64,000 nt of DNA from a virus, in IMG/VR virus record IMGVR_UViG_3300035698_014170, positions 23,341 to 87,340 of that record. One strand, written 5' to 3'. Below the pieces are notes generated by a model, which did not search any database, had not been told where the DNA came from, and saw nothing but the letters and a program-made list of their open reading frames with translations. The first letter of the stretch is position 1, and every line of letters begins with the position of its first letter. A program made the position numbers and the translations under genes. Shown here one piece after another: positions 1 to 7,491 of this stretch.

Positions 1-690
1 TTTAAAAAGGACGTTGAAGGAGCTAGTTGGCCGAGTACTTTATCTGCTGAATTTAGTAAAGGCGATAAATTTGCAATAGCTTTATTTCAATCAGAAAATA
101 ATGTAGAAGTTTACGATGCAGAAGATAAAAAAATAGATATAATGGCTGGTAAGACAGGTTCATTTAATCCAATACGAGAAGTTGCTCAGATGTTTGATAT
201 ACCTGAAGATATACTCGTACCTAAGGATTTAAATGATTGGTTAGACGAAAAACTGGAAAAGGGACTTGAAGGTCTTGAGGAATATGTAATTGACCAGTTA
301 AAGTATAATTATCAGTTACAATCGACAGCGGAAATTGATCAGGAGAGTTATGAAGAATATGGTTCATTAGTCGATTCAAGTTCAGGCGAAATTATCCCTT
401 ACTTATTTCTAAAAACGGAACTTACAGATAATGATTTTGAGGATATGGCATCAGGGATTATAAGTTGGGCGTCGGATGAAGGTTTAGTTGAAGAAGTATA
501 CGATGCAGAAGATATTTCTGACATGCTCTTTATAGATAGTGTGGCTATAACAACAGCTGTTCAGGAACTTAACTACGGAAGTACGTCACTTCCGGAAAGT
601 GAAGAACGAAAACGAATGGATATCGAAGGTCAGCAAAAGATGGAATTTGCAAAAGAAAGTATTGCTATAATCGAAAGTATAGGTTATTAA
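1..690 (+). CDS. Acidic hypothetical protein, 5'-truncated by the window edge
   Basis: Frame is open from base 1 through the listed ORF 142..690; its TAA overlaps the next ATG. Confidence 0.75.
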   Translation, partial: FKKDVEGASWPSTLSAEFSKGDKFAIALFQSENNVEVYDAEDKKIDIMAGKTGSFNPIREVAQMFDIPEDILVPKDLNDWLDEKLEKGLEGLEEYVIDQLKYNYQLQSTAEIDQESYEEYGSLVDSSSGEIIPYLFLKTELTDNDFEDMASGIISWASDEGLVEEVYDAEDISDMLFIDSVAITTAVQELNYGSTSLPESEERKRMDIEGQQKMEFAKESIAIIESIGY

Positions 691-3595
691 TGAACGAATT
701 ATTCGAACAAATATTATTAGAAACCGACTATAAGGGCGTAGTCCGCAAGCAAAGATCTATCAATCGTTTGTTTCCTGATTGGAGTGATAAGGTTAAAGGA
801 ATTGCTAAGATGGGCGGACTTCGTATGAAGTCTTCTAATGAAACGGAATGGTATTTTAAAATACATAGTGGCACAACAGCAGGTAAAACATACGATGTTC
901 ATCTTCAATTTAAGAATGTTCAGAATTATTATCCAAGCATGTTAAGGATAGAAGGCTTTGGGTTAAGGATAAAAGTAGAATTGATCGTAGAAAACTTGCA
1001 AAGAAGATGCTTTATAACGTAGATATTGCATTCGATTGTTCTTGCCCAGCATTCCAATATTGGGGCGGTGCTTATATTACTTCTCTTCCTAAGTACGCAG
1101 CAAAATATGGAGATGCAGAAACCAGGGCTCCTAATGTTAGGAACCCAAAACAATATGGAATGGTGTGTAAACACCTTCAGAATCTGATAAACGTACTTCC
1201 TTTTTATGAAAGTACTATGGCACAGTGGCTTACTCAATTTTATGACAAGCAGATAACTGAGATAGAAGCAAAAGCTAAAGAGGAGTATGGTTCGTTCAAA
1301 GCAGCTGGAGCTGAATTAGGTAAAAGAAAAGAAGAACCTGCTGAGCCAGAAGTTAAAGTAAAAGAACCTGGTAAAACAATGCGTACTAGTATTGTTAAGA
1401 ATAAATTAAAAGATAAGGGATTAATAGATAGGATAGTAAAAGAAGGCGTAGAAGATAGACTGGGAAACTGCTATCCGTTATCAGGAAGATATGTTCAAGC
1501 TCATCTTGATGCTATATTAGTACATGGTTCAATTAATGGTATAAGGTTTACGGGAAAAGATTTAGACAATCCTCATGCATGGGTTGAAGAAGGCGACGAA
1601 GTATATGATCCAGTTTGGGATAAAAGACTTCCTAAAGAAGCCTATTATGGGATAATGCAGGCTAAAGTAATTAAGAAATACACGGACGAAGAAGCAGCCT
1701 TAAAAATGATTAGATCTCAACATTGGGGTCCTTGGGATGATATAAAAGAAGCTTGGCAAAAAGTAGGAAGAAAAACTTATAGCAATCAAGTAGGTAAATA
1801 TTTAATAACTTTACGACCAGATCGTCCTACAGCAAAAATGCCTTGGGGAAAATCTTATTCTATATTTGTAGCAGAGGTTTGGCCAGGCGAAAAGAATGTT
1901 TGGAAAAAAGTTGAGAACTTTATGAGTGTAGGTTCTCTTACTCAAGCCAAAAAGAAATCCGAAGAATGGTTAGTAAGTAACGGGTTAAACGAAGATTTAA
2001 ATTTTCGTGATACAACGGATATCCCTCATTATGATAGTATGATTAAGAATCCTGAGTATTTCAAAAAAGAAAAAGGAGCAGAATTTGAGATAGTAGAAAT
2101 GTCTCCTAATGATTATCTTTCTATAGTTATAGACGGAATGTGGGCTGGGTCTGCTAATCTTCGAAGAGATTATAAAAACGATAAAAGTATTTTTACAAGA
2201 ATATTATTAAAAGGTAGACTTAGAGATATTAGAAAATACGCTAAAGAATTTTGGAGTACTGTTTCTGACGTTCATATGCCCTTTCTAGATTTCGGAGTAT
2301 CTAATTGGCTTTCACAAGAAGGACTTCATCGAGCAATAGTAGCTAGAAAACAGAATATTTCTACAATGCCTGTTTTAATTGTTTTTACTAACGTTTCCAA
2401 AAAAGAAATAGTTAAAAGGTTTCCAAAATTAGGAAAGTACGTTACGAACGAAAGTATAATAAAAGAGGCTTTTGAATATAGTTGTGGTTGGATTACTCCG
2501 CAAGGAGAGTATGAAGGCATAGGTAGATTGAGTCATAGTGATTTCGCAGAGCTGTATATGGAAGAAAAAGGGATTTCCTACTCAGTAGACGATGAACTTA
2601 CTATTTTCGGTAAGGTTTCCAGATATATTCGAGTTACAGCATCCAAGGATTCTTTCAGTGAAATAAACTTTGAAATTATATCTCCCAAGGTTACTGTAGC
2701 CCAATTATTAACTATACAGGAAAAAGCTGTAAACTATGAATCAGTTTATTGGGAGGATATAATTAGTAGGGAGTATGGAGAAGATTTAAAAACATTCGTT
2801 ATTTATATACGAAATACATATTTAAACGAAAGTATAATAAAAGAGACAAGAAGGCAAGAATTGTGGATTAGTAAAGGTATTTACGGCTCTAATATAGATC
2901 CAGCTATAAAAACAGCTTCTGTGGAAGAAGTAGCTCGTACAGCTGGAGAATGGGCTGGACGCGAATGGCGTAGAAGAACTGCTTTAATAAAAAACGGAGA
3001 AAGTGTAAATCCTACATGGGGCGATCCTGATAGTAGGGTATCTTGGTCTGACATAATTGCACAGCTCGACGAGGCCGGCGTGACAAAACGTCCTGAAATA
3101 CAAAAAGCTTTGAAACCTTTAGGCGGAAGAATTAGAGAACTTTCTCAACCTGTTTTTAATAAAGCTAAGAAAAATGCTAACGAAAGTATAATAAAAGAGG
3201 ACGCAGCAGAAGCTACTGCTTTTGCAAAAGAAGTTATGATAGCTCTTGAAGCTAATGACGACGCAGCTTTAGAAAAAGCATTAGGATTTGAACCTGGCGA
3301 AGAAGAAGCGGTTATGTCAAAAGCAGATAGTTTAGTTAAGGATTTAAATGGAATGATTGCTAATAATAAAAGTTTACAAGAAAGTAACGCTTTTCAGATT
3401 GTCTCTTATAACTCTTTAGGAGAATTAACTATTTTATCTTCTAAAGGCGTAAGATATCTTATTAGTAAAGTTAATCCTTTTGTTCATAAAAAAATTAAAA
3501 TGTATCTTAGTCATAAAAATTATGGTCCTGCTTGGCAGATGTTTAATAAATTTCCTGTAGAGAGACTTGAAAATGAGAACAGTAAAACTAGATAA
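690..3595 (+). CDS. Modular polyprotein (SWIM Zn finger, transglutaminase/papain-like, ParB/Srx-like and KTSC-like modules), probably head-packaged; ORFs 690..1022 and 1007..3595 joined by a 1-nt indel near 920
   Basis: The 1007 frame is open back to 914 (SELLSKHVKDRRLW...). Motifs: CSCPAF..CKHL; GNCY..HAWVE..YD; QEGLHRA; NESIIKE linker x3. Confidence 0.7.
2447..3199 (+). repeat. Three identical 21-nt in-frame repeats AACGAAAGTATAATAAAAGAG (NESIIKE) at 2447, 2825 and 3179
   Basis: Exact matches read from the sequence. Confidence 0.95.
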
Positions 3596-3710
3596 AGGGT
3601 TAAAAGATTGGTTAAGAGCGTACGAAATGGAAGAAGATCTTAAGTTTCGTAGAGGAGACTACGATGTGCCCTTATATTATTCGGATAAACAGGAAGACGA
3701 TAAACAATAA
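3573..3710 (+). CDS. Small hypothetical protein (45 aa, MRTVKLDKGLKDW...)
   Basis: Hand translation; overlaps the end of the previous gene. Confidence 0.55.
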   Translation: MRTVKLDKGLKDWLRAYEMEEDLKFRRGDYDVPLYYSDKQEDDKQ

Positions 3711-3797
3711 GTACTCATATAGGTCTTTGTATAATAAAGAGTTACTACGTTTTTAGCAAGATTTTAAGGAAAAGTATAAAAATTAATATTTTTTTTC

Positions 3798-3825
3798 TTG
3801 GACTTTTAGAATAATAGGTTATAAT
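3798..3825 (+). promoter_or_regulatory. Sigma70-type promoter (TTGGAC-16 bp-TATAAT) with upstream AT tract
   Basis: Near-consensus boxes ahead of an AAAGGA RBS and ORF 3869. Confidence 0.55.
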
Positions 3826-3868
3826 AAGTTTAATTAGAAAAGTTAATAATTTAGAAAGGATTGAAAAG

Positions 3869-4111
3869 ATGGAAAATCATAAGGCAGGAAAGAAAATCGA
3901 TAAACGAACAATAAAATTGGGGACCTACGTAAGAGTTCAATATGACGATGCTGTATGTGATGGTTTGGTTATTGAAAATTATCGAGACGAGACTAGCATG
4001 AAAGTGTTTTTTCCGACCGACGGAGTAATCGATACTGTCTCCCGAAATCAAATTTATAAAATCGGAAATACGGCAAAATTTGATTTGATAAACTCCGGAC
4101 TGTGGGATTGA
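3869..4111 (+). CDS. Hypothetical protein (small, possibly SH3/Tudor-like beta barrel)
   Basis: ORF with strong RBS; beta-rich pattern YVRVQYDD..DGLVIE..MKVFF. Confidence 0.7.
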   Translation: MENHKAGKKIDKRTIKLGTYVRVQYDDAVCDGLVIENYRDETSMKVFFPTDGVIDTVSRNQIYKIGNTAKFDLINSGLWD

Positions 4112-4158
4112 CAAATTGAAAAGGATAGAAAGTTGAATTTATTGAAAGGATAGATAAG

Positions 4159-4545
4159 ATGGTTACTAAAGGAAAATGGAAAAGTGTATATCATAAACAA
4201 TCAGATACTTTTATTGTTATCGACGAAAACGATATGGTTGTAGCTAGTCATTGCACCGAACCCGATGCCTGTTTTATAGCTGCTGCAAAGGAATTAGTAA
4301 AAGAGCATGGATGATATAAAAAAGCTTTAGAAAATATTATTCCAATCGGCAGCTGTGTACGATATTATGACAAAACAAAAGAAATACCTGCGATACATAA
4401 GAAAGCTAGAAATAAAAACGGAGCTTTTTTAACGAAAAATAAACAATTTTCTTTTGAGTCAGGTTGTTATAATTACGAATCTATTAATTCTTTTATTGAA
4501 CAACAACTAAAACCAAAAATTAAGGACGGTAAAACATGCATTTAA
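4159..4545 (+). CDS. Hypothetical coding region interrupted at 4312 (in-frame TGA, or two genes plus an A-run indel)
   Basis: AAAGGA RBS and ATG 4159; the frame stays open 76 codons beyond TGA 4312. Confidence 0.5.
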
Positions 4546-4637
4546 TTTTAGCCTTAGAAACTACTAGTCTTGTTCAAATTACAATAGCCGTTTGGATGAT
4601 TGTTATTGCTTCTTTTGCGTCTTGGAGACCTTAAAAA

Positions 4638-5468
4638 ATGTTCGATAGTTTAGCAACAAATTTAATTCATTTAAAAGAAGATACATCTATGTCGTCAATA
4701 TCGTTTTTACCTTCTGGATTAGGAACAGTTAAATCGGCTATTGCTTCTCTTGCAAAACAAATGCCGGAATGGGATATTGAAATACTGGAAAGTGACGACG
4801 GTAAGAAAGTTTATTTTGGCGAAAGTCTTTGTATAGATGTCCCAAACGAACATTGGATAGATTTTTTAAGCTTATTTGATAACTGTGATATAACGAATAG
4901 GCGTATAAATCTGAGTACTGCATTAAACGAAGCTATGGAAGAAGAGCTATCAGATCTTCTAAAGAATTTGAAGCCACAATTAATTAGAACGTTTTCAGAA
5001 GCGCCTTTAGACGAAGTACAATTGGATTTGAATAGATGGAAGAATAGATTTGGAATTGATAAATACAAAGCACAAAACGTTCTTGTATCTTATCAGAATA
5101 AAAAGAACGATCTTCGGAAACTTTATAACGGGTTGCTAAAAGCTTACAAAACTGATAGGGGCAATCTTGAGATGCTTATCGAAGCATTAAAAGGTAAAAC
5201 GTCTCTTGCACCGTTTGAAGTATTTAATGATCATAAATTCATATACGGAGCTAGAGTATTTTCTAGATTTCACGGAGTGAAGATTTTGTTCGAAGCAACA
5301 GTAAGTCCTGAGTTTAATATGTCCGAATCTGTTTATATAGATGATCCAGATGTAATAGATATCTTAGAAGAACAGCCTAGAGGATATAAAATTGTAGGGA
5401 ACGTAGTATATCCAAAAGGTCAACGGTTTGCAGAAACGTTTTATAAAATATTGGAAGAAGCTATATAA
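4638..5468 (+). CDS. Hypothetical protein
   Basis: 276-aa ORF; no motif recognised. Confidence 0.8.
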   Translation: MFDSLATNLIHLKEDTSMSSISFLPSGLGTVKSAIASLAKQMPEWDIEILESDDGKKVYFGESLCIDVPNEHWIDFLSLFDNCDITNRRINLSTALNEAMEEELSDLLKNLKPQLIRTFSEAPLDEVQLDLNRWKNRFGIDKYKAQNVLVSYQNKKNDLRKLYNGLLKAYKTDRGNLEMLIEALKGKTSLAPFEVFNDHKFIYGARVFSRFHGVKILFEATVSPEFNMSESVYIDDPDVIDILEEQPRGYKIVGNVVYPKGQRFAETFYKILEEAI

Positions 5469-5652
5469 TGGATGAGATAGAAAGAGCAGCTTTTGAAATG
5501 TTCGGAAGTTCGAGTATTCCTAGGAATGCCGGAGAAGAGTATGCCGTAAGGCAAACAACTGAACAACATTCTCCTAATTGTAAATGTTCAATGTGTATTT
5601 ACGAAAACGAAATGGAACAAGCTTAGTATAATAAGAATAAAGGAGTGTAAAA

Positions 5653-5841
5653 ATGAGTAAAATGAATGGTTTTTTAATCAGTTTAATTACATATTTGTTC
5701 GGACTTTTTATAGGGTTTTTAATACTTAATTCTGTCACTGATAAAGCTATACAAAAAGGTTTTTTTATAAAAGATAATAAAACGTATAAAGTTGTATTAT
5801 ACGACGATTTAAAAACTCCAGATGTACGAGGTGTAAAATGA
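5653..5841 (+). CDS. Small membrane protein
   Basis: AAGGAG RBS, N-terminal hydrophobic helix; TAGTATAAT -10 box upstream. Confidence 0.7.
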   Translation: MSKMNGFLISLITYLFGLFIGFLILNSVTDKAIQKGFFIKDNKTYKVVLYDDLKTPDVRGVK

Positions 5842-6026
5842 GTAGACCCGATTTTGTAACAGAAGAACATTTAGATTATTTAGACGAGTTAAGAGAATCA
5901 GGTGTAACGAATATGTTTGGAGCAGCACCTTATTTAAGAGAAGCTTTTGATATTTCAAATAAGGACGATAGAGCAGGGGAAATTCTTGATTACTGGATGA
6001 AATCATTTGGAAAAGAAGGTAGGTAG
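5838..6026 (+). CDS. Small conserved phage protein (LRESGVTNMFGA motif, DUF5049-like)
   Basis: Motif recalled from small phage proteins; ATGA overlap with previous gene. Confidence 0.65.
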   Translation: MSRPDFVTEEHLDYLDELRESGVTNMFGAAPYLREAFDISNKDDRAGEILDYWMKSFGKEGR

Positions 6027-6127
6027 ATTAATATGAATAAGCCAAGAGAACAAATTGACGAAATATTTGATATTGCCTTAGAAGTAATAGAAGCTGCAGA
6101 AGATATAGATAAAAAGTTATACATTAT

Positions 6128-6201
6128 TGCGGGGTAGAGCAGTCTGGCAGCTCAAGTGCCTCATAAGCATTAGGTCGTCGGTTCGAATCCGACCCCCGCT
6201 A
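6128..6201 (+). tRNA. tRNA-Met(CAT), initiator-like
   Basis: Cloverleaf; loop CTCATAA; GGTTCGAATCC T-arm; 1:72 mismatch and A11:U24. Confidence 0.9.
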
Positions 6202-6270
6202 TTTACAAGGGTATAATTATACCAATTAGAAATAATAACGCAGTATACGGGGCGTCAGAGCCTTTAAATA
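6202..6270 (+). repeat. Dispersed bipartite element, copy 1
   Basis: GGGTATAATTATACC, then AGAGCCTTTAAA 45 bp after the start of TATAATTA. Confidence 0.8.
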
Positions 6271-6289
6271 AAAAATGTACAGAAGACAT

Positions 6290-6362
6290 TGCAGAGTAAA
6301 CGAGCGGCTTCAGTTACAGGACTTTGACTCCTGGTACGTCAGTTCGAATCTGACCTCTGCCG
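6290..6362 (+). tRNA. tRNA-Gln(TTG)
   Basis: Anticodon arm CAGGA-CTTTGAC-TCCTG; T-arm GTCAG-TTCGAAT-CTGAC. Confidence 0.85.
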
Positions 6363-6367
6363 TTAAT

Positions 6368-6438
6368 GTGGATATAGCACAATGGTAGTGTTCCTGGCTT
6401 CCAACCAGGGGATGCAGGTTCGAATCCTGTTATCCGCT
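6368..6438 (+). tRNA. tRNA-Gly(TCC)
   Basis: Anticodon arm CCTGG-CTTCCAA-CCAGG; canonical T-arm. Confidence 0.9.
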
Positions 6439-6444
6439 TTTTAT

Positions 6445-6516
6445 TGTGGAGTAGTTCAATGGTAGAACGCTCGGCTGTTAACCGAGAAGTTGAAAGTTCG
6501 AATCTTTCCTTCGCAG
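6445..6516 (+). tRNA. tRNA-Asn(GTT)
   Basis: Anticodon arm CTCGG-CTGTTAA-CCGAG; canonical D and T arms. Confidence 0.9.
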
Positions 6517-6528
6517 ATGTTTTAATTC

Positions 6529-6602
6529 GCTGGTGTATCCCAATTGGCAGAGGAGACAGTTTTAGAAACTGTAGAGTGTAGGTTCAAATCCTACCACCAG
6601 TA
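6529..6602 (+). tRNA. tRNA-Leu(TAG), short variable loop
   Basis: Anticodon arm ACAGT-TTTAGAA-ACTGT; discriminator A; 5-nt variable loop. Confidence 0.85.
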
Positions 6603-6606
6603 TTAC

Positions 6607-6679
6607 GGTCCAGTAAACCAACGGCAGAGTTAACGAACTTAAAATTCGTAAAGTGTAGGTTCGAATCCTACTTGGACCA
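6607..6679 (+). tRNA. tRNA-Leu(TAA), short variable loop
   Basis: Anticodon arm ACGAA-CTTAAAA-TTCGT; 5-nt variable loop. Confidence 0.85.
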
Positions 6680-6684
6680 TTTAC

Positions 6685-6760
6685 CTAAGTGTAGGCTAGT
6701 TTGGAAAGAGTCGCTCGCCTTGGAAGCGAGATCACGCTGGTTCGAATCCAGCCACTTAGA
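6685..6760 (+). tRNA. tRNA-Pro(TGG)
   Basis: Anticodon arm CTCGC-CTTGGAA-GCGAG; canonical T-arm. Confidence 0.9.
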
Positions 6761-6783
6761 TTATTTAATTAAAGGAGTAAAAA

Positions 6784-6950
6784 ATGAAACTAAATATTAG
6801 AATGTTTATTGCAGCAGCCGGAACAGTAAGTTTCGGATCTTTAGGTACAATGATGCTCTTATTAAAAATCAACCTAATGTTAATTTTAATTTGATAGGAG
6901 TTTTCTTTATAATAGCTGCTATAAGATTTCTAGCAGGCATATGGGAATAG
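6784..6950 (+). CDS. Small two-helix membrane protein with a probable A-run indel near 6865
   Basis: AAGGAG RBS; MKLNIRMFIAAAG...LL continues as NQPNVNFNLIGVFFIIAAIRFLAGIWE in the -1 frame. Confidence 0.5.
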
Positions 6951-7019
6951 ATATAAATTGTTAGGATATATATAACTATCCACTAAATAGATATAAATTA
7001 TTGGGAAATATAAAACTAT
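6946..7019 (+). repeat. Imperfect tandem direct repeat (34 bp unit, 40 bp period) containing GATATAAAT
   Basis: AATAGATATAAATTGTTAGGATATATATAACTAT vs AATAGATATAAATTATTGGGAAATATAAAACTAT. Confidence 0.7.
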
Positions 7020-7455
7020 GAGTATAAGAAAAAAAATTATTGAAGCAAAAGATGTTTCGATTTATAAGAAACTTTTAAAAGTACTTGGAGATTATTCTAC
7101 TTCGTTTCCTGCAACTGGAGTTACTGGATTATTTGATGTAGCAATTGAACAAGGCAAGAAGATACTTCCGAATGATAAACAAGCACTAGATATAATTGAT
7201 TGCCTTTTATCAGACGAATCTAATCCTGCCGCTGTTCAAAAGTTTCTTAATTGCAGATTTTCAGATCTTCCAATTGAATATCGTCCTATTTCTAAAAAAG
7301 GAAATAAACATGAGGTAGCTTCTTGGGAAAGAAACGGAATAGTAAGTGACAGAGCAAAGGCACTTATAGATTTTGGAGTAGTAGGTAAAAAAGGTAAATG
7401 GTCAGATATAGACGGACAGAGTGTAACGCTTGTTGATATATCTAAAGAAGAATAA
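7018..7455 (+). CDS. Hypothetical protein, possibly head-packaged
   Basis: 145-aa ORF starting MSIRKKIIE. Confidence 0.75.
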   Translation: MSIRKKIIEAKDVSIYKKLLKVLGDYSTSFPATGVTGLFDVAIEQGKKILPNDKQALDIIDCLLSDESNPAAVQKFLNCRFSDLPIEYRPISKKGNKHEVASWERNGIVSDRAKALIDFGVVGKKGKWSDIDGQSVTLVDISKEE

Positions 7456-7491
7456 TTATCGTCAAAAAATTTAATAATTTAAGGAACAATA

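Noticed and set aside
911-1022. ORF 690..1022 as an independent gene
   Set aside because: Its C-terminal part is the off-frame reading of the next gene; one base added near 920 fuses the two.
2447-2467. NESIIKE linker as an internal promoter because it contains AGTATAATAAAA
   Set aside because: It matches the -10 motif seen elsewhere, but there is no consistent -35 box or downstream RBS/start, and AT-rich coding makes chance likely.
4300-4330. In-frame TGA as selenocysteine or stop-codon reassignment
   Set aside because: TGA and TAG end many genes cleanly here, with ATGA overlaps, and no suppressor or Sec tRNA was seen. An ATG at 4307 plus one missing A in the A6 run, or a nonsense mutation, explains it.
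6529-6679. tRNAs with TAG/TAA read as stop-codon suppressors
   Set aside because: These are anticodons written 5'-3' and decode the Leu codons CTA and TTA; suppressors would have CTA or TTA anticodons.
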